The notes beneath the pieces are model-generated. The model did no database searches. It had not been told where the DNA came from and worked only from the letters and a program-made list of their open reading frames with translations. This document shows positions 10,201-18,000 of a DNA stretch of 31,072 nucleotides, piece by piece. Source of the DNA: Candidatus Aenigmatarchaeota archaeon (GTDB lineage: Archaea > Aenigmatarchaeota > Aenigmatarchaeia > QMZP01); the NCBI GenBank assembly GCA_016202745.1, contig JACQOB010000168.1:1-31072 (forward strand), given 5' to 3'. A program made the position numbers and the translations under genes. Within the stretch, counting starts at the first letter, position 1; every line of letters starts with the position of its first letter.

Positions 10201-13200
10201 AACCTAAGGTACAACGGCACCACTTCTATACCCTGGGCCGGCGTAACTGCCTCAGTAAGCCAGCTGGCCAACTTCACCCTGAACGGCACCCTTCCCGCTG
10301 AAATAATCCAGCTCTTTGACGACGGCCAGCACGGCGATATCAGCCGGGGTGACGGCATATACGCCAACAATTATACGAACACATCAATGGAGGATATCTA
10401 TGTGGCCAACATCACCGCAAGAACCAACCTCAGCTTTGTCGGCATGGAGAGTGAAATAGCCACAAGGTCCGCCTGGACATCATTCTTTGTGGAACTGCTG
10501 CCCGAGCTCTATGTGAACGGCTCCAACATTTCATTTTCCAACAGCACGCCAGACGCCGGCGACAATATAACAATCTTTGCAAACATAAGCAACATTGGCA
10601 AGGGCAACGCCACGGACGCCCTGGTCGAATTCAGGGACGGCAATGACACCATAGGCAACGATACCATTAACGTGACAGGAATGGACAACACAACCGCAAA
10701 CATAAGCTGGAACGTCACCTTTGGCAACCACACAATAACAGTGATCATATCGCCATTCAACCCGTTCCAGGAAAGGAACTATACGAACAACAACGCCTCC
10801 AGGAATTTATCCGTGTCAGACAACGAAAAGCCCCTGGCATTGGCCGGGCCAGACCAGAAAGCTACTGTCGGCAATCCGGTGTTTTTTGACGGAAGCAAGT
10901 CATCTGATAATGACAGGATTGTGGGCTATGAATGGGATATAGACACCAGCACAGCCACGGTGAACATAACTGACGTGTTCGCCCAGCATCCTGGATACGC
11001 TTCAGTAGGCAATTACATTGTCCAGCTTACGGTGAGGGACGCAGCAGGCAACATAGACACTGATTTCCTGAATGTTGAGGCTGTGAACGAGTACGACATG
11101 GAGGAGCCCAGCCCGTTCGCTGGCGCATACCAGGACGTTCTGGTAAGGGAGCCCGTGAGATTCTCGGCTGAAGGCTCCACAGACAATTACGGCATAGCCA
11201 GCTACTTGTGGGACGTGGACATCGCAAGGGATTCTGACCTTGACGGCATACCGGACAATGATGTTGACCTCATTACCAAATATCCTGTGCTGGAGACTGG
11301 CTACTATGTTCCAGGCAAATACGTTGTCAAGCTGACTGTAGATGACGTGGCAGGCAACGGCCCTGTGTCCGACTTCACTGTTGTGACCGTAAGGGATCCA
11401 GCCACATATATTTGCGTTGGGGATGCGGATTGTGACGGGTTTTTTGATGAAGTGGACAACTGCAAGGCGGTTTACAACCCTGACCAGTCTGACTATGACG
11501 GGGATGGTGTTGGCGACGCCTGCTGGTGCACAGTGGCGGTTTCAGGATTCGGGGATGTCCAGGGTACCATTGACAATGCAGTGCCAGGGGATGTCGTCTG
11601 CCTCACATCTGACAAAAGTAGCGGAGTCACCATGACCACAAGCTTAATCACATTTGACTGCCTGGGGAACAGCATATCTGGCGACGGCACCGGCGACGGG
11701 ATATTCATACCACCAGGGGTTGTGGGCGTCACTGTGCAGAATTGCCTTGTGGAAGGCCATTCCAATGGCATTAGGGTTTCTGGCATTGCCAGCCGGTTAT
11801 TGAACAACAATGCCACTGACAACATAAACAATGGCATGGACATTGGCGGGATATCGAACTGGCTGATGGATAACATCGCCTGCACCAATGGAGTCGATAT
11901 CAGCAAGACAGGGCCCTCCTTCGGAGACGACAACATCTGCAATACTGCTTCCGGCTGGGACGACACTGGCTCAACCGGCTGCACCTTCGCCTGCTCCGTT
12001 TGCACCACACCAACAGACGGCATGCGCATAGACACCGATACATTGCTATGCCCCGGAATATATAATATCTCCAGCGGGATGCAGATTAATGCTTCAGGCG
12101 TTACAGTCAAATGCGACGGGACAATGCTTGTTGGAACGCAGGCGGCAACAGGCATCAGCGCTGCCTCCGTGAACGGCGCAAGGATAAGGAACTGCGAATT
12201 CATGAACTATTCAGTGGCAGTAAGCATAAATGCCTCTTACGGGAGCGTAATCTCTGACAATTACCTCCATGACAACCTGGTTGGCATAAGGGTGGAAGGC
12301 TTTTATGCTGGCACCATTTCTGTCAACAGGGTTAATGACAATATTGAAACAGGCATAATTGCCAGGAATTCCGCTCTTGGAAATAATATCACGGACAATG
12401 AGATCCTTGGCAACCAGAATGGCAGCGTGATTATTGCGACCACGTCCAACAGCACATTCTCGGGTAACCACCTTGACAACGGCCTTTCGCTCAGTAACGC
12501 GGACTCCAACGTGATCAGCGGAAATGACATGAGCAACCCTGACGGTTCCGACATAGTTGCCCTGACGGACGGATCGGATGATAATATCCTTGACGGGAAC
12601 ACTGTCCACGGCGGCCAGGCCGCCGGAATAAATTCCACGTCAAACAGCAGCGTGTTCATCAACAACACTGTCAGCGACGTGCCAACTGGCTATCTGTTCA
12701 CGTCGACATCAGGCAACAGCATCATTGGGGGGCAGGTAACGGATGCGGAGACCGGCATCTTCTTCAGCGGCTCGGCATCCGGTGGCATATATGGTGTAGC
12801 GTCCGTTGACAGCTCAGCAAACAGCCTGAGGATAGAGAATTCGGCCAACATAGTGGCTGCCTACAATATACTGAACGATACATATGTGGAGGGATCAGTG
12901 GGCATTAACCTCACAAACAATGCCGCCAATATAATGCTGTTCAATACAAATGCCAGCACCCTTGACAGAAACGATGCCAGCCTGAGCGTCTTTGGCATTC
13001 TTGTTGATTCCAGCCACCTTAACACAATCCAGTCCAACAATGTCGGATCAAACGAAGTCGGCCTTGTCCTTGCGAATTCCTCGGGCAATACACTAAGGAA
13101 TAACAATGTCACCGGCAACCTGCTGGGAGTAATCCTTAGCATGTCGCAGAACAATACGATTTACAACAATTATTTTGCCAATCTACTCAATGCGCAGGAT

Positions 13201-14310
13201 ACCGGGGTAAACAAGTGGAACACCACAAAGCAGGCAGGCGCCAACATAGTTGGCGGCGCCTTCATTTCAGGGAACTTCTGGAATGACTATCTAGGCAATG
13301 ACACAAATAATGATGGCCTGGGAGACACGCTTCTGCCGTACAACTCCCTTGGAAACATAACAATAGGCGGCGATTTCGGGCCGCTGGTTAAGGTGCTGGG
13401 CTGCGGCAGCACGATCACAGGCAACACAACCCTTACAATGAACCTGAACTGCACTTCAGGTGGGTTAATCATTGGCGGTAATGGCGTCACGCTGGATTGC
13501 CAGGGGCATGCCATCACAGGGACCGGCGGATTTGGTTCGGCCGGGATTGATATAGGCATTTATAATTATACCACTATAAGGAATTGTTCAATAGTCAATT
13601 TCTATTATGGTGTTGCCTCCTTGGGATATAGCGAAAACATATTGTCCAACACATTAAACTCAAACGATTTCGGACTCTACATGTATTCTGATGCACATTT
13701 GATAGAAAACAACAGGATTATGGAAAGCGGGGACGGAATAGCTGTTTCCGGAAATGGCATAACCATCAGGAACAATGACATAAGCGGATCCTCTTATGCA
13801 ATAAGAGTCCAGAGCGGCGTTAATAACCTCATTCATGGAAACAATGTTACAGGCAGCTCTATAGCTGGTATACAATTGTTCCTTTCTGCCTCAAACAATA
13901 CCATACAGAATAATAAGATCACACAGAACAGCATCGGAATTCTGACAGACAATTCCTTCCCGGCTCCAAGCGGGAACCTGATTTACAATAATATACTCAA
14001 CAACACCCAGAATGCAGATGACAGGTTCGGGACAAATAAGTGGAACATCACCAAGACAGCCTCCACTAACATAATAGGCGGCCCCTACAAGGGCGGCAAT
14101 TCCTGGAGCAGCTACACAGGGAACGATACCAACGGGGATGGTTTTGGAGATAGTGGCCTCCCGCACAAGTCGGGCGGGAATATAGTCAATGGCGGAGACT
14201 TCCTGCCTCTTGTGACACCCAGAACAGTGTGCACCTCCAACTGCGGAGGCGATGGCAGGAGGGACAGGAGGAATGTGCCGCTCAAGCCTGCACTTGATGC
14301 ACAGGTATAA
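4231..14310 (+). CDS. Giant secreted surface protein (3359 aa): signal peptide, TSP3, beta-helix+cap, unassigned region, 2 PKD, split alpha/beta-hydrolase carrying an NlpC/P60 domain, PPC-like, choice-of-anchor-X-like, CARDB, 2 PKD, TSP3, further beta-helices
   Basis: Hydrophobic N-terminus ending VTSA. DSDGD..PD..DNCP..PN..Q.D.D.D..GDACD at 4339-4443. PVLLVHD at 7033 and VDIVGSGMGGL at 8998. FDCSG, NHV and IHAS at 8368-8637. LFDDGQHGD..RGDGIY at 10312-10362. CARDB ending ERNYTNN. AGPDQ...FDGSKSSD...YEWD PKD domains. Exact start codon uncertain. Confidence 0.93.
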   Translation: MVVTKGKTGIYVLLSMLIAVLAFALIVNVTSAFNPIDSDGDSVPDGIDNCPFIPNLNQADTDLDNIGDACDFEVSSCATLSQPAHYALLNNITTNATICININSSNVVLDCQEHSIIGLGAAGSGVNIPYPSNFVTVKNCIILNFSTGIEITGLNGTLINNTLLRNGLGVYFNTYSTKMENNTLNNNQQGVFVSGERNLITGNSISGSSSSWGMYIDTFSISNVISGNHITGNSYGILAPSVPASSFNNTIYNNYFNNTVNANALGNANIWDIAKTPGTNIVGGPFLGGNFWHDYNGTDNDGDGLGDTDLPYDGAGNIGNGDFRPLIPPSAFASFIYNAVLEVLIVESDPGDPESSTPEFFDCPVSGFAVINDGDFDKYIANLSTGCGGTTTGIKSMSITFGGNTYNGNPASDIFITDRSATYYAWIVSEPEFQLHASKKVAEDLNHPFHYTIYANGTVSPPQNFSYEINAVGTEDFTDYKTVDFVRTETVPGSWKFSKDCEKRTFSRPVDALYEYTGIQSISSEIKGGGSVQTPSLDNNNFIVQAEVCNRRLLKGWVTLKSKLNEKGILNREWSQVQTGPGFPVVNGDPRVTVATYNKKIGSDLPNTIQRSTDPISPNLVDYKLKSSNPNVQLAMIDNTKELTAITFYTEPWSDTAEGDGGINKSAGVRNITQFNSVAPDNNTEYSTFLTVNCQDCDLPVRYADRNGDGMVEAGQYIAWMDGFNVTVGPVDNILFAAVDVELPQGFIDVPPSFPSPTTSLYGQNVSFAGHGVPPAGGQIVGWFWRSHRDGRLNSSASFMTDRLSPANPHHISFNVLDKAGLVSPLTGDSRRLLIINKPPTAFIRYVKGSLDDTGQILAIAGEDVEFNGYGFDTDGSIQENRWDIDGTVYSSSTNGIATHRFTTVGTKMATFTVLDNAGTWSKPVSRRIEVIKHPVLLVHDYLRSPAEMEKIKVALEQDGFQVFTADLRKPVNIDISTSIPLKTPEMQNLGYFYAVLDKGRKVYEGIKELKGLAGSNDPKAVGIKNRIQATNNDLRNTLNLIKYKVKGQTGLATAVDNFVLVTTKVDTLLGEDKLNDLLALIDSDHFIDDLWKTLLDNYKFTIEVPIKKEFFVTDISIPVPLPDKVKLIVQGMIQTGAIKIPGRLTIFKKEVSYSKNGVSGSVSMALVVKDIKPLFEDKIKLKGSLFVSDISFKLDPSSATSMPNKMNLFEQDCSATPLDCKMEAEFVIPQSEANGACTECNAADWTNTIQGAIAQQAKDLLGSHYVFGTEGQEINKTSKPLKSGATIDDNEVVSATVKKISGVEVNHHTAFHTTTDPLQNLNDLGNPTFVSTSATIGDVNNAEHADHKKNPGKYVWKRTKSNTDNAIVTGEPSNDHQLFDCSGFVYYVYNNVDANLKRNWYSAANLMKQVTDLRDVDYKKLKDPNSDEVKKLEPGDLCFAKNPKTGVFNHVLIWVGYELNKEPLIHASGSEKGVIAANAYTSEKSVVAKCGRYLKGTEFDIKTDVIFGSNSVQSLSSLASEGSDVSIEGGSTAGNNGQDPKNYPQLKLRLKMSSSVINIKLANQDIKASAQEIGKQIDEIKKKTGVKKVDIVGSGMGGLAAHYYTNYGYRYDVRKLSLIGAPLHGSDLMKYGPMIAKALIDALASQAPGLGKILGDIAKALLDIILGDAAGQMEPHSSFIEALNLNGKDAAPEWALYKWTGGDDLRNNNVEYQVIAGVGPRVGGVSLPLTLSHVHARIPLINTLITLPFIWKGDLMTNSVSNDLDGTSTEEVGGLSSYHWWLAKNDGTGGTIDLVKAFLNQAVTLQGAESNGISPLDASLTPDIEELINRTSYEIVGPVAGAINTSQVNVHNIALDSLAKNTTFKLQYSPVFAYFNDSLDDYVECTNLLDFTLIKPDQSVIGPSQADNISITYLYANDTLTYIISSPEAGTWGMAVTGVSVTCPEASYTALAAYNSYLALGATTGSAPFEPGTNGTTSFEPGKNVTIMANLRYNGTTSIPWAGVTASVSQLANFTLNGTLPAEIIQLFDDGQHGDISRGDGIYANNYTNTSMEDIYVANITARTNLSFVGMESEIATRSAWTSFFVELLPELYVNGSNISFSNSTPDAGDNITIFANISNIGKGNATDALVEFRDGNDTIGNDTINVTGMDNTTANISWNVTFGNHTITVIISPFNPFQERNYTNNNASRNLSVSDNEKPLALAGPDQKATVGNPVFFDGSKSSDNDRIVGYEWDIDTSTATVNITDVFAQHPGYASVGNYIVQLTVRDAAGNIDTDFLNVEAVNEYDMEEPSPFAGAYQDVLVREPVRFSAEGSTDNYGIASYLWDVDIARDSDLDGIPDNDVDLITKYPVLETGYYVPGKYVVKLTVDDVAGNGPVSDFTVVTVRDPATYICVGDADCDGFFDEVDNCKAVYNPDQSDYDGDGVGDACWCTVAVSGFGDVQGTIDNAVPGDVVCLTSDKSSGVTMTTSLITFDCLGNSISGDGTGDGIFIPPGVVGVTVQNCLVEGHSNGIRVSGIASRLLNNNATDNINNGMDIGGISNWLMDNIACTNGVDISKTGPSFGDDNICNTASGWDDTGSTGCTFACSVCTTPTDGMRIDTDTLLCPGIYNISSGMQINASGVTVKCDGTMLVGTQAATGISAASVNGARIRNCEFMNYSVAVSINASYGSVISDNYLHDNLVGIRVEGFYAGTISVNRVNDNIETGIIARNSALGNNITDNEILGNQNGSVIIATTSNSTFSGNHLDNGLSLSNADSNVISGNDMSNPDGSDIVALTDGSDDNILDGNTVHGGQAAGINSTSNSSVFINNTVSDVPTGYLFTSTSGNSIIGGQVTDAETGIFFSGSASGGIYGVASVDSSANSLRIENSANIVAAYNILNDTYVEGSVGINLTNNAANIMLFNTNASTLDRNDASLSVFGILVDSSHLNTIQSNNVGSNEVGLVLANSSGNTLRNNNVTGNLLGVILSMSQNNTIYNNYFANLLNAQDTGVNKWNTTKQAGANIVGGAFISGNFWNDYLGNDTNNDGLGDTLLPYNSLGNITIGGDFGPLVKVLGCGSTITGNTTLTMNLNCTSGGLIIGGNGVTLDCQGHAITGTGGFGSAGIDIGIYNYTTIRNCSIVNFYYGVASLGYSENILSNTLNSNDFGLYMYSDAHLIENNRIMESGDGIAVSGNGITIRNNDISGSSYAIRVQSGVNNLIHGNNVTGSSIAGIQLFLSASNNTIQNNKITQNSIGILTDNSFPAPSGNLIYNNILNNTQNADDRFGTNKWNITKTASTNIIGGPYKGGNSWSSYTGNDTNGDGFGDSGLPHKSGGNIVNGGDFLPLVTPRTVCTSNCGGDGRRDRRNVPLKPALDAQV
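7030..9636 (+). other. Split lipase/PGAP1-like alpha/beta-hydrolase domain with a degenerate nucleophile elbow
   Basis: HPVLLVHD...LEQDGFQVFTADL (7030-7134) resumes at 8920 as NQDIKASAQEIGKQIDEIKKKTGVKKVDIVGSGMGGLAA...KLSLIGAPLHGS...YQVIAG...GDL...YH. Confidence 0.8.
7990..8715 (+). other. NlpC/P60-family cysteine peptidase domain within ORF2
   Basis: AKDLLGSHYVFG...FDCSGFVYYVY (Cys 8374)...LEPGDLCF...NHVLIWVG (His 8581)...IHASGSEKGV (His 8629). All family motifs are present in the correct order. Confidence 0.88.
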
Positions 14311-14334
14311 TGCCCTTCCAATTGGTATCCGACT

Positions 14335-14361
14335 GGAAAGCATTTAAAGCTTGTTTTCAAG
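14335..14361 (+). promoter_or_regulatory. Archaeal BRE/TATA-like promoter upstream of the ORF3-ORF4-ORF5 operon
   Basis: GGAAAGCATTTAAAG (purine-rich BRE-like element followed by TTTAAA) at 14335-14349 in the intergenic gap. It shares TAAAGCTT-N3-TTCAAG with 4202-4218. Confidence 0.62.
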
Positions 14362-14389
14362 ATGTTCTTATTCTTGTGGGTGGTTGGAA

Positions 14390-15073
14390 TTGAAGGCAGC
14401 TAGAAAACACATATACATTGGAATATTGGTTGTGGCCATAGCTGTGGCAGCCATTGCCGGCTATTTGTTCTTGCCAGGCGCCCCAGTCCAGCCTCAGTCA
14501 ATCCAGTCCGTCGTCAGCCAGGCAGCCGTGGCGGGCGTAATGGTGAACGGCGATAAGATAACGCCTGAGGAAATAGAGATTGCCTACAACAGGCTTCCTG
14601 AAGAGCTGAAGCAGCAGTCAACGAGACAGGACGTCGCCGAAGACCTGATAAACCAGAGGCTTCTTCTTCAGGAATCGGCGAAGAAGGGCATTTCAGCGAC
14701 GGATGAAGAGGCGGAGCAGTATATTGCCCAGCTTACACAGTCCGGGATCGACATGGCATACATCGAGGAGCAAGTGGCTGCCGCCGGTTACACGATGGTT
14801 GAATACAAGTCTGAATTGAAGGAGATGATTACTCTGACTAAATTCCTCGAGGAGGAGATAGGCCTTTCCGCAATAAGGGCATCCGAGTCTGATGTGGAAA
14901 GCTTCATTCAGGCAAACAAGGAGGAGCTGCAGGTTGTGCTGGATGAGGGGGATCCCGGCCTCCAGGATGTGCTGAAGGAAAGGATAAGGAACCAGCTTTC
15001 TCTGGAAAGGCAGAAGCAGGCCATAGACGCCTATCTCGCGGGGCTGAAGGCAACAGCAAAGATAGAATACTAG
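14390..15073 (+). CDS. Membrane-anchored SurA N-terminal/PrsA-like chaperone lacking the parvulin PPIase domain
   Basis: N-terminal TM (IYIGILVVAIAVAAIAGYLFL), then VMVNGDKITPEEI...VAEDLINQRLLLQESAKKGISATDEEAEQYI...Y.SELKE.I...KFLEEE...ESDVESF..ANKEE and a C-terminal helix ERQKQAIDAYLAGLKATAKIEY. TTG 14390 is preferred over 14351 because 14351 overlaps the TATA region and GGGTGG lies 6 nt upstream of 14390. Confidence 0.8.
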   Translation: MKAARKHIYIGILVVAIAVAAIAGYLFLPGAPVQPQSIQSVVSQAAVAGVMVNGDKITPEEIEIAYNRLPEELKQQSTRQDVAEDLINQRLLLQESAKKGISATDEEAEQYIAQLTQSGIDMAYIEEQVAAAGYTMVEYKSELKEMITLTKFLEEEIGLSAIRASESDVESFIQANKEELQVVLDEGDPGLQDVLKERIRNQLSLERQKQAIDAYLAGLKATAKIEY

Positions 15074-18000
15074 GTGGGAAATCTGAAAGCGAAGGGAATG
15101 GAGGGAATGGTTGGGACACTTTCGGCAGGCTTGCTGCTGGCCGCCTTCTTTGCAATATATATAATATCCATATCGCCAGCACTCAGCTTCCCTGCCAGTT
15201 CGTGCGGATCAATCAATGAATCCTCCGTGCTTATTTCAGATGTGGCGGCATCTGGCACATGCTTCACCGTGACGGGAAACGACCTCGCCCTCGACTGCCA
15301 GTTCCACCGGATTACGGGCGATGGGACAGGGTCTGGGATAGCGCTTTCGAATAACTTCAATGTGATGGTAAAGAACTGCATCATACAGGGCTTTTCCGCC
15401 GGAGTCAACGCCGGAAATTCCTTTGCAGCCGTGGAATCTTCCCTGATAGAAGGCAACGGGGCAGGCATCTTCGCTGACGGGACATCTCTTGTGAATGCCA
15501 ATTTCAACTCCATTTCGAACAACACCCTGAATTTTGTCAACCAAAACCCCAACTATACATCCGATGCGACAAATAACTGGTGGGGGACGGCCAATCCGGC
15601 CGCGATAAGCGCCGCCATATCCGGCAGCATCTTCTTCCAGCCTTTCCTTTCGCAGGACCCTTACATTGACACGGATAATGACGGGATAATATTGCTGTTC
15701 GACAACTGCCCGCTGACTTCGAATCCCGGCCAGGAGGACGCTGACGGGGATGGCGTGGGGGATGCCTGTGACAATTGTGTGCAGGATTTTAACCCGTTTC
15801 AGGAAAATGCGGATTCAGACCAGCAGGGGGATGCCTGCGATATAGACGACGACAATGACTTTGTCTGCGATTTCGGGCCTTCCACTATTGTCCAGGAGCC
15901 GGCAAACCTCGCGCTGAATGCGGCTGCCACTGCTTCCTCGTTTGTCCCGCCATTCTCCCCCAGCCTTGCGGTGGATGGCGACCCGGCCACATTCCTCGCT
16001 ATTGTCGGCATCCCGCCGCAGTCGCTCACAATTGACCTCGGCTCTGTCAGGAGGATAGACAGGGCAAGGATACTGTTCAACGACACTTTGTCAATCCTTT
16101 TTGATTACGACCTGCAGGTTAGCACGGACAATGTAAATTATACGGCAGTGGCCAGCGTGGCAGGGAATGAGGTTGAGTCCAACGAGCTTCCATTCGCGCC
16201 TGTGGACGCACGGTACGTCAGGATACAGATGCTTGACTTCAACTTCGAGGACGATGACTTGCGCATTAACGAGCTGGAAGTGTACGGCAGCACCACCCTC
16301 TGCACTGGCGGCCAGTCAGGGAGGGACGTCTGCCCGCTCGTCTCCAACCCGGGGCAGGAGGACGGGGATGGCGATGCGGTGGGGGATGTGTGCGACAATT
16401 GCGTGAATGTTTCCAACTTTGACCAGACAGATCTGGATGGGGATGGGAAGGGTGATGCGTGTGATGTTAACCTGTTCTTGAACAGTTTTACGTTTGATCC
16501 CGTAAATGAGAATGTGACAATCGACCCAGCGTTATTGACTTCAGTCGAGACAGGTTATTACGTCATACAGCTATACGATCCTGGCAGGCGTGATGATGTA
16601 TCATCAGCCCTTAACGGGACAATTATTGGCATAATACCACAGGGTGCATATATCATCCAGACCACCAGGACAATGACAGAAATTCAAGGCAATCCTGATG
16701 TTCGCTGGGCTGAGATATGGCAGCCTGCTTTCAAGTTTTCCCCCGACCTCTACACGTACATTGGCACACTTTCAAACAATATTTCGCTGTTTACCGTCAA
16801 GTACTTCTCCGGATCACGGGATGCTGTCAATCAGAGCCTTGAAGCCCTCGGCGCACAGCTTGTTTATGAATTCGACAATTCCATGACCATTAGCCTCGCA
16901 GAATTGAATATAATCAACATATCTTTCATACCAGAGGTATTTCTGGTGGCACCATTCGCGGAGCCTGTAAACAAGAATGATGTCGCAAGGGGGATTACAG
17001 GAGTGCAGGCGATTCATGCTGGCAGCCTGGGAATGGGATTTATGGGCGCAGGCGAATTGATTGACATACTAGATTCAGGCCTTGATAACGGGACAAGTTG
17101 TATTGGCGTAGCGAATTGCACTGCGCTCAATCCGACAATACATGATGACTTCAAGGGCCGCATCATGGAGATCAGGAGAACAATGGGAGCGGGAAATGCA
17201 GTTGACGGCTCAGGTCACGGGACGCATGTGGCCGGAACTGCGGTTGGAGACGGTTCACGTTCAGGTGGCCAGTATGCCGGAGCCGCTCCAGCGGCTAATT
17301 TCATGATGCAGCAAAGGAATGGAAACGAGGCGGGTGGCATCAGTTATGCAATCTCACAGGGTTATAGGATACATTCAAATAGCTGGGGCGGTGTTGAATG
17401 TATGTTCAGATACCTGGCGCAGGCACAAAATTTCGACAATCTATCTTACAATAACCTCGGATCTGCAATAGTGTTTGCGGCGGGAAATGAAGATACTCCA
17501 GCTCCACCAATGGGATGCAATACAGGGGTGCCACCGAGGCAGAATTCCATACAACCAGAAAGCATAGCAAAGAATGTCATTGCCGTAGGCGCCACAGAAG
17601 ATCTCAGGACAGCATTCGGCGCTGGAAGCGATGATCCGGAAGACATAGCCGCCTTCAGCAGCCGAGGTCCGCCAAGCAGTCCAATAACGGCCAATACTGT
17701 CAGGATTAAGCCGGACGTTGTTGCACCTGGCGCCCAGATACTTTCAACTAACGTGAACCTTGCATTGCTTGCCGCTGCCGCAAATGTTTGCACAAGCGGT
17801 TGGGGTGTTTTCAACGGCAACTATACATATTGTGGAGGGACAAGCATGGCCACACCTCATGTATCAGGCTCGCTGGCAATAATTTCTGAATACCTGAAGA
17901 AAGTGAAATCATATGCCGGCTCCCCTACCGGCGCTCTTTTGAAGGCCATGATAATTAACGGAGCGGAGGACATGGGAAACCGTGGAACTGCCGCACACGG

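Larger units (their letters stand above)
2637..14214 (+). repeat. Five dispersed copies of a ~55-aa NosD-type beta-helix C-terminal cap (2637-2810, 3918-4094, 5041-5208, 13216-13389, 14041-14214)
   Basis: Each copy translates as W(N/D).(T/A)K....NI(I/V)GG....GN.W..Y.G.D...D..GD..LP......GDF.PL. Many synonymous differences show a protein-level repeat. Confidence 0.9.

Noticed and set aside
13561-14040. AT-rich stretch near the end of ORF2 as foreign DNA
   Set aside because: It is largely explained by Asn/Ile/Tyr-rich beta-helix composition, as in the other beta-helices.
1850-14040. NosD-like beta-helices as evidence of nitrous oxide reductase maturation or pectin lyase activity
   Set aside because: There are no nos genes and I could not identify catalytic residues. 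Such CASH repeats are common structural modules in archaeal surface proteins.
14316-14338. TTCCA...TGGAA inverted repeat as a terminator hairpin
   Set aside because: The stem is only 5 bp with no following T-tract, so it is not distinguishable from chance.
14351-14389. Track N-terminal extension of ORF3 (MFSRCSYSCGWLE)
   Set aside because: It begins within the TATA-proximal motif. TTG 14390 with a GGGTGG upstream gives a normal basic N-region plus TM.
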